Shown piece by piece: positions 29,813 to 39,630 of a stretch of DNA of 64,000 nt. The DNA comes from an uncultured Eubacteriales bacterium. Lineage in GTDB: Bacteria > Bacillota > Clostridia > Lachnospirales > Lachnospiraceae. Position 1 is the stretch's first letter, and each line of letters opens with the position of its first letter. The notes beneath the pieces were generated by a model. That model saw only the letters and a list, made by a program, of their open reading frames with translations. It was not told the DNA's origin and searched no databases. The position numbers and the translations under genes are program-made. The stretch is taken from positions 2,049-66,048 of the forward strand of contig ONHA01000015.1 in assembly GCA_900317515.1 (NCBI GenBank), read 5' to 3'.

Positions 29813-30736
29813 TTACGCCTCCTTTCCGGTTCTCGGATCCAGCACGCCGTAGAGGCTGTCCGCCAGAAGGCTGCCCAGGATCACAACGAACGTGGAGAAA
29901 AGGGCCGTGCCCTGCAGAAGCGGTATATCTCTGCCGTTTATGGCCTGGACCGCAAGCCGGCCGATCCCGTTGATGGAGAAGATCGTCTCCGTGATGACGG
30001 CGCCCGAGAGCAGGCTCGAGAGCTGGATCGCCATCATCGTGACGACCGGCAGCATGGCGTTCCGAAGAGCGTGAAGCACGATTACCCCCATGCGTCCCCT
30101 GCCCTTGGCCCTCGCGGTGTCGATATAGTCCTCCCCGAGGATCTCGATCAGCGTCGACCGGACAAGACGCGAAACACTCCCGGCGGAATTCCATCCGAGA
30201 GCGATTGCGGGCAGTATGTAGCATTTCCAGTTGTCGCCGCCCGATATCGGCAGCCAGTGCAGATAGAAGGCGAAGACATACTGCAGGATCATGGCGACCA
30301 TAAAGACCGGCATCGAGACGCCGAACAGGGAAAGTCCCATGAAGATCCGGTCCGGTATGCCGTTTTTCTTCACGGCGGCGATCACGCCGCAGACGATTCC
30401 GACGATCCATGCAAATAAAGCCGCCATGATCGCCAGCTTCAGCGTGTTTCCGAAAGCCGCACCAATGAGGGAGGATACGGGCCGCCCCAGCGTGTAGCTG
30501 GTCCCGAAATCACCTCTCACGGCTCCCGCGACATATCTTATAAACTGGGTGAGCGGCGGCTGGTCCAGGCCCAGCTCGGCCGTCATCCGGTCAATGGTGG
30601 CCTGGTCGGCATGTTCCCCCATCAGTGTCAGGATCGGGTTTCCGGGAACGATACGCAGCATGAAGAAAATGAGAAGCGCCACCCCCAGAAGCACGCCGAC
30701 CGCCTGAATCAGCCTCTGTAATATACTGCGTGTCAT
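29813..30736 (-). CDS. oppB: ABC transporter permease (OppB-like)
   Basis: GDFGTSY, DYIDTARAKG and HALRNA motifs. Confidence 0.9.
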   Translation of the reverse strand: MTRSILQRLIQAVGVLLGVALLIFFMLRIVPGNPILTLMGEHADQATIDRMTAELGLDQPPLTQFIRYVAGAVRGDFGTSYTLGRPVSSLIGAAFGNTLKLAIMAALFAWIVGIVCGVIAAVKKNGIPDRIFMGLSLFGVSMPVFMVAMILQYVFAFYLHWLPISGGDNWKCYILPAIALGWNSAGSVSRLVRSTLIEILGEDYIDTARAKGRGRMGVIVLHALRNAMLPVVTMMAIQLSSLLSGAVITETIFSINGIGRLAVQAINGRDIPLLQGTALFSTFVVILGSLLADSLYGVLDPRTGKEA

Positions 30737-30808
30737 CTGAATTCTCCAAGGTATACATACGGCTCCCTGAAGCTGCCCTTCAGAGAGCCTTATATCAATG
30801 CATTTTTA

Positions 30809-32476
30809 TTACTTCAGAACCACATCGGAGGCATAGAAATCGGAGAAGCCTGCCCACTGCGGTGTGAAGGAAGCGACACGGCTTCCGATGCAGTACTGGT
30901 GAAGCTCCGTGTAGAGCGGGATCCAGGCTGCGTCTTCGCCGATCAGCTTCTTCTCAAGATTCTGGTATTCGGTCATGCGCTCGGCATCGTCGACGATGGA
31001 GGAAGCGGCCGCAACCCTTGCCATGGTCTCCGTATCTGGATAGTTGATGCTGCGCGATTTGGTCTGGGACTCGCCGCCGAAGAAGGTCGCCATGATGTTG
31101 GCCGGATCGTTGTAATCCATGCCCCAGCGGGCAACAAACGAATCCATCTCACCGCTCTTGCGGAGATCCAGCCATACGGACTGGTCATAGCTCTTGACCT
31201 CGGCCTTGATGCCGATCTCATTAAGGGACTGTCTGATGGACTCATAGACCAGCTGGATCGTGCTGTTGGCCGAGGAATCCAGGGCGAGCTCAAACGTGAT
31301 CTGGCCGTCCGTGTAGCCGGACTTTGCAAGCAGTTCCTTGGCTGCAGCCGGATCGTACTTCATGCCTTCCAGGCTGTCATTGTGGCCCCAGCAGCCGGTG
31401 GGGATGATACCGTTCTCTCTGACCGCATTTCCGGAGTAGAGATTGTCGATGAGCACGTCGACGTTGATTGCCATGCCGATCGCCTTGCGGACATTGACGT
31501 CCTTCAGGTACTCATGGGCGTTGTTCAGCACAAGGTAGGTCATGCCGACCTTCGGGGTGCTGACGATCTGGTCCTTGTAGGCTTCCGCATAGGAAGACTG
31601 CACGATCGCGCTGTCCAGGTTCTGGAGGTCGATGAGGTCAAGCTCGCCGTTCTGGAACATCAGGTTCTGGGTGTTCGCATCCGGAACGATGCTGACGATC
31701 AGCTTCTTGACGCTCGGCTCAGCACCCCAGTACTTGTCGTTGTAAACCAGTGTGTAGTGGTCATTTGCGACCCACTCAGTAACGATGTACGGACCCGAGC
31801 CGATCGTGTCGGCCGGCTCCTTGCCGAAGCCGCTCACCTTCTCCATCGTCTCCGCGTCCACGATACCCATGGCCGCACTGGAGAGCTCCGCGAGGAAGCC
31901 TGCGTTCGGCTTTTCCAGCGTGACCGTGAGATGCGTATCATCCTTCACGCTGATGCCTTCGAGGGAATCCGCCTCGCCGTTCGCCAGGGCTTCGCCGCCG
32001 ACGACCTCCCGGGCGATGTCTGTATTTTCATGATTGATCCTGAGCAGTCTCTCAAATGTGTACTTCACATCGGACGCGGTCAGCTCGCTGCCGTTGGAGA
32101 AGACAACACCGCTTTTGATCGTGAAATCATAGGTGAGGCCGTCCTCGCTGACCGTGTAGTCCTCGCAGAGGCTCTTCACGACTTCCGCCGTCCCGCCCAC
32201 GTTTCTGGTCTCGAAGAGACGGTCGAAAACGTTCATCGGGATGAGATAGTTGTCGGAGGTCTCCGCCACATCCATCGTGGAGATATCATAGAGCACCGCC
32301 GTGCGGACAAGACCGTCCTCCGCCGCCACAGCTGCCGGAGCTGCCGCCGCAGTCGATTCAGCCGCGCCCTGAGCCGGAGCGGTGCTGCCTGTGCTGTTTC
32401 CGGACGCTCCGCCGCAGCCGGCGAGAAGCGAAGCCGTTAAAGCCAAAGCCGTAATGGTTCCAAATACTTTCTTCAT
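30809..32476 (-). CDS. oppA: ABC transporter substrate-binding lipoprotein, family 5 (OppA-like)
   Basis: LLAGC lipobox, FSNGSELTASDVKYTFER and IGSGPY motifs. Confidence 0.9.
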   Translation of the reverse strand: MKKVFGTITALALTASLLAGCGGASGNSTGSTAPAQGAAESTAAAAPAAVAAEDGLVRTAVLYDISTMDVAETSDNYLIPMNVFDRLFETRNVGGTAEVVKSLCEDYTVSEDGLTYDFTIKSGVVFSNGSELTASDVKYTFERLLRINHENTDIAREVVGGEALANGEADSLEGISVKDDTHLTVTLEKPNAGFLAELSSAAMGIVDAETMEKVSGFGKEPADTIGSGPYIVTEWVANDHYTLVYNDKYWGAEPSVKKLIVSIVPDANTQNLMFQNGELDLIDLQNLDSAIVQSSYAEAYKDQIVSTPKVGMTYLVLNNAHEYLKDVNVRKAIGMAINVDVLIDNLYSGNAVRENGIIPTGCWGHNDSLEGMKYDPAAAKELLAKSGYTDGQITFELALDSSANSTIQLVYESIRQSLNEIGIKAEVKSYDQSVWLDLRKSGEMDSFVARWGMDYNDPANIMATFFGGESQTKSRSINYPDTETMARVAAASSIVDDAERMTEYQNLEKKLIGEDAAWIPLYTELHQYCIGSRVASFTPQWAGFSDFYASDVVLK

Positions 32477-32480
32477 CTCT

Positions 32481-33110
32481 TTATCCTTCCTTTAAGACTT
32501 TTATGATGAGCAGCCGCCCTTCCTTTACCGTCACCTCCGCCGTCTTTCCCGGCAGAACCTCATTGCTCACGCCGATCGGGTACTCGCAGGTGATCTCGGC
32601 ATCGGAGAGCGGATACAGTGCGTTCCTGATTGTCACGCCCTTCGCGGTTCCCGTGATGTTAAGGAGCGAGAAGTAGGAATACCTGTCGGGAATCAATGCT
32701 CTCTCCCGGGAAACGATCTCCATGTCGGAGAAGTCATCCGCGATGACAGCCTTTTTCCCGGCGGAATCCAGCATGAGAAGGATCGCCACATTGCCGAGGG
32801 TGTGGTCGAGCCGGCCGCCCACGACGCCGATGAGCAGAAACTCCTCAAACCCGCGCCGCAGAGCCTCCTTGACCGCAAACACCGTATCGGTGTCGTCCTT
32901 CACGTGCGGAAGCACGATGGTCTCAACATCCATGTGCGGGTTTACGTGGGAATCAAAGTCTCCGACGATGAGGTCCGGCTTCCGCCCCAGGGCTTCCATG
33001 TGCCGAAGGCCGCTGTCGCAGAAAATGAAAACCATCTCCTCCGTCAAAAGCTCCCGTATCCGCCCGTAATCTCTGATATCGGCTCCTCCGACGATCACGC
33101 ATTTTTTCAT
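32481..33110 (-). CDS. thiN: Thiamine diphosphokinase
   Basis: DSGLRH, GDFDS, KDDTDT, GGRLDH and GVSNE motifs. Confidence 0.93.
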   Translation of the reverse strand: MKKCVIVGGADIRDYGRIRELLTEEMVFIFCDSGLRHMEALGRKPDLIVGDFDSHVNPHMDVETIVLPHVKDDTDTVFAVKEALRRGFEEFLLIGVVGGRLDHTLGNVAILLMLDSAGKKAVIADDFSDMEIVSRERALIPDRYSYFSLLNITGTAKGVTIRNALYPLSDAEITCEYPIGVSNEVLPGKTAEVTVKEGRLLIIKVLKEG

Positions 33111-33138
33111 GAAGGCCTCCTTTTACATCCCGAAGGCA

Positions 33139-34962
33139 TCAATCCGTCCTGTAGTGGACGACGACCGGAATTCCGACGTAAATCTTCTCGTAGAGCTCCC
33201 TTGCCTTGTCCAGCGAGAGGTTGATGCAGCCGTGAGACCCGTCGTAGAGGTACTGGCCGCTGCCGAACTGGTCCTCCGTACGCCACTGGGCATCGTGGAA
33301 ACCGCAGCTGCCCGTGAACGGCATCCAGTATTCCACCTCCGCAATATATTCATAGGTTCCGTCTTTCTTCTTCGGCCCGTACAGGGTGGCGTCTTCCATC
33401 TTTCCGTTCAGCTTATGAATACCGATCGGTGTCCGGTAGCCGGCATGGTAGAAGGTCCCCGAGACGCACGGCGCGTCGAAGACGAGCTCATGGTTCTGAT
33501 ACATGTATACATGCTGCATCGACATATCTACCTCGACATAGGAGCCGCCCATGTCGAAGCCCTTCTCGGTATCGTTCCGGATGTAGACCGGAGCCCTTTC
33601 AGAGGACTCGTGGTTCCAGATATTGTTGAAGAGAGCCTCGGATTCCGTGGCTTCATCCAGGATAACCGCGTAGGTGCCCGCATTGTCGAACCAGATGGTA
33701 CCGTGATTCGTCGAATTGAACGGAACCTCATCGTACTCCGCATAGACCGCCGCGGCCATCTCGGCCACAAACGCCTTCGTCTTCTCTCTGACCACGGACT
33801 CCTCCACATGGTAGTATCCGTTGTCATCCCGCGTGATCCAGCTGACCAGATCGTCGCGGTCCAGCGTTCTTGTCTCACCGTTTGAGAGCGTGTAGGTGAC
33901 GCTCGTTGAGAGGAAGCCGTTGAGGTTCTCAAGCTCCCAGTTGAGGTCCGGGTTGTCCGCATAGACGACCGGTGCGTCGTAGATGCCGCTCATGGCGGTG
34001 AAATCTACCGATGCCTGCCTGTCCTCGACCGCGTCAAGCACGGTGTTGATGACCGGCTCGTTGAAGACGAAGTTGCCCTGTACCTCCGGTACGATGGAAA
34101 ATGTCAGATCCTCATTCAGATTGAGATACGCATTCTGGGGAGCCGTCTCGTTCTCCGGCTGAAGTTCCGGGAGGGAGGCCACGACATTTCGTAAGAGCTC
34201 CCTGTCGTAATCCGTCGACCAGGAGATCTTGTACTCATAGGTCTTTCCGAATTTGGTAAGACCCCAGTCGTAGATATTCTGCTCCTCGAGGATCTTCTGC
34301 GCCTCTCCGCTCGAGACATAGTGGTAATCGAACTGGGTGCCGTCGATCGTCTCCGTGGAATCCCTGAACGTGAGATCGATGGAGTAGACTTCCGCTCCGA
34401 CGCGGATGTAATCCTCGAAATCGGCAGGCGTACCCTCACTGACGTCAACGCCATTGATCGTCGTTCCGGGGAGGTAGCGCGTCTTGTAGTCGTCGGCAAT
34501 GCCGATGTAAACACCGGCCAGAGAGACCAGGACTACCACGGCCACAAAGCAGGCGACCAGAATGCCCGTCTGCCACGGTTTCCGTGGTGCCTTCTCCTTC
34601 GGGCCCTTGACCGCAGCGATGTAATCCATTATGCTGCGGGAACGTTCATCCCCGTCATCTTCGTCCTCTTCTTCCTCGTCCTCATCATATTCCATGAAGG
34701 CTTCGTCCGGTTCTTCGTAAGGATCGTCCGCTTCATCCAGAAAATCGTCCGCCTCATCCGTTGAATCATCCGGCTCTTCATTGAAATCATCCGGTTCATC
34801 GAAAAAGCTTTCCGGGATCTTGAGGAAATTTTCCGGTTCGTTTTCTCCCGGCTCAAAACTGTCCGGTTCGTTCGTATCGACTTCATCAAAATAAAAATCG
34901 TCCGTCTCCCCGGTCTCCGGAATATCTGTTTCCAAAAGGGAATCCTTTTGTTCTTCTGACAT
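33139..34962 (-). CDS. Membrane-anchored L,D-transpeptidase with an acidic repetitive N-terminus
   Basis: C-terminal YkuD motif GFHDAQW...SHGCINL, one TM helix, and an Asp/Glu-rich N-terminal region. Confidence 0.9.
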   Translation of the reverse strand: MSEEQKDSLLETDIPETGETDDFYFDEVDTNEPDSFEPGENEPENFLKIPESFFDEPDDFNEEPDDSTDEADDFLDEADDPYEEPDEAFMEYDEDEEEEDEDDGDERSRSIMDYIAAVKGPKEKAPRKPWQTGILVACFVAVVVLVSLAGVYIGIADDYKTRYLPGTTINGVDVSEGTPADFEDYIRVGAEVYSIDLTFRDSTETIDGTQFDYHYVSSGEAQKILEEQNIYDWGLTKFGKTYEYKISWSTDYDRELLRNVVASLPELQPENETAPQNAYLNLNEDLTFSIVPEVQGNFVFNEPVINTVLDAVEDRQASVDFTAMSGIYDAPVVYADNPDLNWELENLNGFLSTSVTYTLSNGETRTLDRDDLVSWITRDDNGYYHVEESVVREKTKAFVAEMAAAVYAEYDEVPFNSTNHGTIWFDNAGTYAVILDEATESEALFNNIWNHESSERAPVYIRNDTEKGFDMGGSYVEVDMSMQHVYMYQNHELVFDAPCVSGTFYHAGYRTPIGIHKLNGKMEDATLYGPKKKDGTYEYIAEVEYWMPFTGSCGFHDAQWRTEDQFGSGQYLYDGSHGCINLSLDKARELYEKIYVGIPVVVHYRTD

Positions 34963-35042
34963 AGATACCTGCCTCACAAATTACAGATTATAATATACAT
35001 ACCTGCTGTTCCCTGTCCTCATATAAGCACGCGAACTAATTT

Positions 35043-35071
35043 ATTATAGACCATTCAAAGCCCCGCGTCAA
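35043..35071 (-). promoter_or_regulatory. Sigma-A promoter upstream of the L,D-transpeptidase/thiN/opp run
   Basis: TTGACG-N17-TATAAT on the minus strand. Confidence 0.7.
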
Positions 35072-35097
35072 ATTGAATAATTACCAAATGAGACGCC

Positions 35098-36690
35098 TCA
35101 TTTTCCCGCCTGTCCCGCCATTTTTTCAAACACCTGCTTCTTGCTTCGTGCGTTCCTTGCGGCGGGATGATCGCTCTCGGCCGAAACTCCTTCCGGAAGA
35201 AGCTTCAGGCTCTCCGCCGCCATGTTCTTCGCAAGATCGAGCAGCTGACCGGATATATCCTCGTCACTGTCCATTCCCACATAGAGGATCCGGGGCACAA
35301 AGCCAGGGGAAGCTGAAGTGTACCAGTTTCCGTTGAACTTGTTCCCGTCCGCTTTGTTGTCCGTAACGGGCGAATTGATCTTGTTGGTAAGATAGGCTAT
35401 GACCAGATTCTTTTCCGGATCGATCATGACCAGCGTGCCGGTCCACCCCTGATGGCCGATTGTACCGGGTCCTGCCTGGGGCCCGAAGTACTTTGTCCGC
35501 ATATTGCCGCCCTGCCGCCACCAGCCGAGGCCCCATTCTGCCTCGCGCTCCGACTTCGGTGCGGTGAATATGTCGATCGCCTCCCGCGAGAAGAACCGGT
35601 TTTCTCCGTACCCTCCCGAGAGCATCACAGAGGCCAGCTTCGCGAGGTCGCCCGCATTCGAAAAGAGGCCCGCATGCCCGGAGACGCCCGCCATGCAGTA
35701 GTAGGCCATCTCGTCGTGCACTTCCCCCTGAATCGTGTCTCTCCGAAACCCGTTAATGGGAATCAGCCCGTCTCTGGTGTTCCCGTTCAGCTCGGTCGCG
35801 GCACAGTCGTCCTTTGAGAATCCGTTGTCGAGCGGCCTGTAGGTGATGCGGGTAAGGCCCATCGGCTCAAAAAAATTTTCCTTAAGGTACGCGTCAAGCC
35901 CCTGTCCGGTGATCTTCTCCACGATAAGGCCCAGGATTATGTAGTCAAGATCCGAGTAGACGGTCTTCGTTCCGGGCTCATAATCGGGAGGTGTCTTCAT
36001 GATCATTTTGATCACCGCCTGCCTGGTCGCCTCATCCGCGCCGCAGCCGACATAGAGCGGATTCGCCTCGTAGGTCTCGCCATCGGCAAGGGTCGGTTTA
36101 TATATGTAGGGCGCCTGACAGCGGGGACTTGCCGGAAGTCCGCCCTCATGGCACAGAAGATCCCGTATGGTCAGCCCTGCCTTCCAGGCTTTGAGCGTCT
36201 CAAGGCCGGTTCCCGGCAGCTTCTTATTTTCCATTGTCTCCGTCACGAACACCTCTCCGAGGAACTCCGTGATTTTTGCGTCAAGACACACCTTGCCGTC
36301 CGTGAAAAGCTTTTGCAGCGCATAGTTGACCGAGAACATTTTCGTCACCGAGGCGAGGTCATAGAGCGTGTCCGTCGTGACGGGAGCGCTGTCCGTATCG
36401 GGCGTGCCGTCCTTATGGAAGGAGTTGGTCCTGCCCCAGGCGTTTTCATACACGAGCCTCCCGTTTCTGATCACGGCAAGCTGGGCGCTCGTAAACCCGT
36501 TCTTTATATCCGTCTCTATGATATCGGAAATGAAAGAAAGCGCCTCCTCCCGGATTCCCGCTTCTTCCGGCGTCCCTTTAAGAATGACCGGATAGGGGCT
36601 CTCTGCCTTTTTCTTATCTCCGCACACACATAAGGCCGCGGCCGGTGCTTTTAAGAGTACCGGGCCTGCGGCCGCTTTTCTTCCGTCCAC
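35098..36690 (-). CDS. Serine hydrolase of the beta-lactamase/PBP4B-like family
   Basis: LASVTKMF (SxxK), YSDLDY, GVSGHAGLFS and GHQGWTG motifs. Confidence 0.85.
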   Translation of the reverse strand: MDGRKAAAGPVLLKAPAAALCVCGDKKKAESPYPVILKGTPEEAGIREEALSFISDIIETDIKNGFTSAQLAVIRNGRLVYENAWGRTNSFHKDGTPDTDSAPVTTDTLYDLASVTKMFSVNYALQKLFTDGKVCLDAKITEFLGEVFVTETMENKKLPGTGLETLKAWKAGLTIRDLLCHEGGLPASPRCQAPYIYKPTLADGETYEANPLYVGCGADEATRQAVIKMIMKTPPDYEPGTKTVYSDLDYIILGLIVEKITGQGLDAYLKENFFEPMGLTRITYRPLDNGFSKDDCAATELNGNTRDGLIPINGFRRDTIQGEVHDEMAYYCMAGVSGHAGLFSNAGDLAKLASVMLSGGYGENRFFSREAIDIFTAPKSEREAEWGLGWWRQGGNMRTKYFGPQAGPGTIGHQGWTGTLVMIDPEKNLVIAYLTNKINSPVTDNKADGNKFNGNWYTSASPGFVPRILYVGMDSDEDISGQLLDLAKNMAAESLKLLPEGVSAESDHPAARNARSKKQVFEKMAGQAGK

Positions 36691-36704
36691 CGATGTCTGC
36701 CTCT

Positions 36705-37283
36705 TTATTCTTCCATCTTCTTAATGATGACCATCTCCACATCACGTCCCTGGATGTACACCTTGACGTCGTCCGCCAGATGATTGACGACGGAGCGCTC
36801 CAGCTCGTCCCAGGCCTCCTTCGCTCCGGCTTCCTGCGCATCGAGCTGGTTCTGCACGGTCTGCTCATAGGCTCTCATCGACCAGATAAAATCAGCCGAC
36901 GTCCCGTCCGGCGAGGAGTTGTACGGGACCTGAAGACCATCCAGCGGATCGAAAAATGTCCTGATCTTTCCCATAATTCCCCGGGCTGCTTCATTTTTTC
37001 CGCTCGTCGAGGCCTTGAGCAGCTGCTCGCGCTTCTCGAAATCGACAAAGGTCTTCACCTTAAGGTGCAGCTGGAAGGCACCCTTCTCATCCTCGATCCA
37101 GAAACGCCCCTTCACATTGCCGGTGATCGACCGCATCATGCCCAGCATCTCCTCGGTCAGAAGGCGCAGGTGCAGCGCTGCCTTGTGGGAAAGCCCCTTG
37201 TACTGCGCGGTTTTCTCTGCCTGGACAAGCGCCTCCTCCATCTCACTTCCGTCACTGTAGATCACAATCACATCTGTTTTCAT
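36705..37283 (-). CDS. Hypothetical protein with a possible degenerate GHKL/anti-sigma-like N-terminus
   Basis: 192-aa ORF with an RBS. LRLLTEEMLGMM resembles the RsbW-type N-box helix but lacks the Asn. Confidence 0.7.
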   Translation of the reverse strand: MKTDVIVIYSDGSEMEEALVQAEKTAQYKGLSHKAALHLRLLTEEMLGMMRSITGNVKGRFWIEDEKGAFQLHLKVKTFVDFEKREQLLKASTSGKNEAARGIMGKIRTFFDPLDGLQVPYNSSPDGTSADFIWSMRAYEQTVQNQLDAQEAGAKEAWDELERSVVNHLADDVKVYIQGRDVEMVIIKKMEE

Positions 37284-37298
37284 ACTATGTTCTCCTCT

Positions 37299-37994
37299 TT
37301 ATTTTCGATTCATTCTGGCCATGGATGCGATCGTCGGGATCTCCATCGGGCACACATCCATGCAGGAAAATGCCTTGGAGCAGCCCCTCCCGAAATGCTC
37401 CCCATAGGCCTCCCTGATATTCTCCGCCTTGCTGCGGTTTCGGGATGCCACAAGATAGCAGTCATTTGCAAAAATGGCGCCGAAAAAGTTCTTCCCGTTC
37501 GTATAATTCGGGCACACCTCAAGGCAAAGGCCGCACTTAAGGCACTTCGCCGCCGTGTACTGGAGCGAATGCTCCCTCTCCTTCCGCGACGCTCTCCCCT
37601 GATCTTCCGGCTGATACTCCCTGATGAAGATGTTCATCTTCTTGAGATTCTCGTGGATGACCGACCGGTCGACCAGAAGATCGTGGATCACGGGGAATTT
37701 TCTTAAGGGCCTGATCGTGATCTCATCCCCTTTAAGGTCCTTCACGAACGTCTCGCAGGCGAGTGCGGGAACCTCATTGATCACCATCGCGCAGGAGCCG
37801 CAGATACCCTGGAGGCACGAGCACTCCCAGCCGATCCTGGTCGTCTTTCGCCCGTTCTCGTCCAGAATATCATCCCGGTAATTCAGGTGGTCGATCAGCC
37901 CCGCGATCGACATGTCCCCGGGGACATCCGCGTCAAATGTCTCCCAGTAAGGCTCCGAAACGGGCGACTGCTGCCTTTGTATCTTAACTTTCAT
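37299..37994 (-). CDS. sdhB: Succinate dehydrogenase/fumarate reductase Fe-S subunit
   Basis: CSCLQGICGSC...C (2Fe-2S), CLKCGLCLEVCP and CSKAFSCMDVCP. Start at MKVKIQ. Confidence 0.92.
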   Translation of the reverse strand: MKVKIQRQQSPVSEPYWETFDADVPGDMSIAGLIDHLNYRDDILDENGRKTTRIGWECSCLQGICGSCAMVINEVPALACETFVKDLKGDEITIRPLRKFPVIHDLLVDRSVIHENLKKMNIFIREYQPEDQGRASRKEREHSLQYTAAKCLKCGLCLEVCPNYTNGKNFFGAIFANDCYLVASRNRSKAENIREAYGEHFGRGCSKAFSCMDVCPMEIPTIASMARMNRK

Positions 37995-39621
37995 AGAACT
38001 TCTCCCTGTCAAGCCACACCCGGTATTTGCCGTTGTCAAAAGAGATGACGGACCCGTACGCCATGCTCTCATTCGCTGCCGGATAATCTTTTCTGAAATG
38101 AGAACCGCGGCTCTCCCTGCGCGCCAGCGCACTTGTGAGCGTCGCCCTCGCCAGCGTCAGGATCCCCGTCAGCGAGTAGTTGGCGTACATCATGACGCTG
38201 CTGTCGTACGCGATCCGCTCCGCGATGGAGAGGTAATAGTCCATATCGGTGAGCCCCCGCATGAGGGACTCTTCGTCCCGGACGATACCGAGCTCCCGGT
38301 TCATGGTCTCCGCCGCCATATCCCGGATGTACATGACTGGGAATGGACTTTTGGAGGCCCGGAGGTTCCTTAGCTTTTCATTTTCAGCATCGGTCAGTGC
38401 CGTGAAATCAGGCCTCTTTCCCGCAGGCGACGGCCTCTCCGCGATCACGCTCGCGGCGACCCGGCCGCCGTAGAGCGCGGCCAGCAGGGAGTTCCCGCCG
38501 AGCCGGTTGGCCCCGTGATAGATGGAGGCGCACTCTCCCACCGCAAACAGGTTCTCGATGTTGGTCTCGTGATTCAGGCGCACCGCAATCCCGCCCATAA
38601 AGAAATGGACGGACGGGCTCACCGGGATCGGCTCCCGGGTGATGTCAATCCCCCTGTATTTCCGGCACAGATCCCGCACCTCCGGGATCCTGCGCCCGAT
38701 CTCCCTGGCGCCCAGGAAGGAGATATCGAGGAAGACATCCTTTCCCGTCGCCTCGATCTCGCGGCTCACCACGTCGCGGGTCATGAGGTTTCCGCGGGGG
38801 CCGTATTTTTCTTCCATAAAATAGACTCTCTTCCCGTTTTCCAGGTAAAACAGTCTTCCGCCCTCGCCGCGGACTGCCTCGGAGACCAGCATTTTCTTCT
38901 GGGCAGTCTCCAGCGTCGTCGGATGATACTGGATGAACTCCAGATTCTTCAGGTCGACACCCTGGCGGAAGAGCCGGCCGGCCGCGTAGCCGTCGCACTG
39001 GGTAGAGCCGGTCGTCTTCCCGAAAAGAGCGTTCTGGCCGCCGACCGCCATGACAAGCGCATCGGCGTACTCCGCCTCGATCTTTCCGGTCGTCTCGTCA
39101 AAGAGCAGGGCTCCGTAGCAGACACCGTCCTTAATGAGCGCCGAGTGAAAGCAGCTCCACAGCCTGCGCCGGATCATGCCGGCGCCTTCCAGTCTTCGGA
39201 CCTCCATGACCAGGGCCGAGACAATCTGCTTGCCGGTCGCCGAGCCGCAGTAGCAGGTCCTCTTGAAGGACTGGCCGCCGAAGGCTCTCCTTGCCGGATG
39301 TCCGTCCTCGTCCACGGAAAAAACCGTCCCGATTTTCTCGAGATAACGGATGATCTCCTCCGCGTTCTCGCAAAGGCCGGCGACAGCCTCCTTACCGGCG
39401 ATTCCGCATCCGCCGTCCATTGTATCCTTTATGTGGCATTCCACCGAATCCCCGGGCTCACAGTCGGCAAGGACCGCGTTGATTCCGCCGGCCGCCATCA
39501 CGGACTGAGACCGCTCGGACGGAAACGGCGAGACCAGGACAACCTGGACGCCCTCCTCCGCAAGCTTCACCGCGCAGGCCATGCCGGCGATGCCGCTTCC
39601 TATAATGATTGCGTCTTTCAT
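37984..39621 (-). CDS. sdhA: Succinate dehydrogenase/fumarate reductase flavoprotein subunit
   Basis: GSGIAG, QYHPT, SEAVRGEGG, RDVVSR, HFFMGG, HGANRLGGNSL and RRESRGSH motifs. Confidence 0.92.
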   Translation of the reverse strand: MKDAIIIGSGIAGMACAVKLAEEGVQVVLVSPFPSERSQSVMAAGGINAVLADCEPGDSVECHIKDTMDGGCGIAGKEAVAGLCENAEEIIRYLEKIGTVFSVDEDGHPARRAFGGQSFKRTCYCGSATGKQIVSALVMEVRRLEGAGMIRRRLWSCFHSALIKDGVCYGALLFDETTGKIEAEYADALVMAVGGQNALFGKTTGSTQCDGYAAGRLFRQGVDLKNLEFIQYHPTTLETAQKKMLVSEAVRGEGGRLFYLENGKRVYFMEEKYGPRGNLMTRDVVSREIEATGKDVFLDISFLGAREIGRRIPEVRDLCRKYRGIDITREPIPVSPSVHFFMGGIAVRLNHETNIENLFAVGECASIYHGANRLGGNSLLAALYGGRVAASVIAERPSPAGKRPDFTALTDAENEKLRNLRASKSPFPVMYIRDMAAETMNRELGIVRDEESLMRGLTDMDYYLSIAERIAYDSSVMMYANYSLTGILTLARATLTSALARRESRGSHFRKDYPAANESMAYGSVISFDNGKYRVWLDREKFYES

Positions 39622-39630
39622 TTATCCTCC

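Noticed and set aside
29171-32440. 415-aa and 513-aa plus-strand ORFs
   Set aside because: Antisense shadows of oppCBA.
32476-33139. thiN directly upstream of oppA suggesting a thiamine importer
   Set aside because: No TPP riboswitch is visible and the binding protein is an ordinary family 5 member, so adjacency alone is insufficient.
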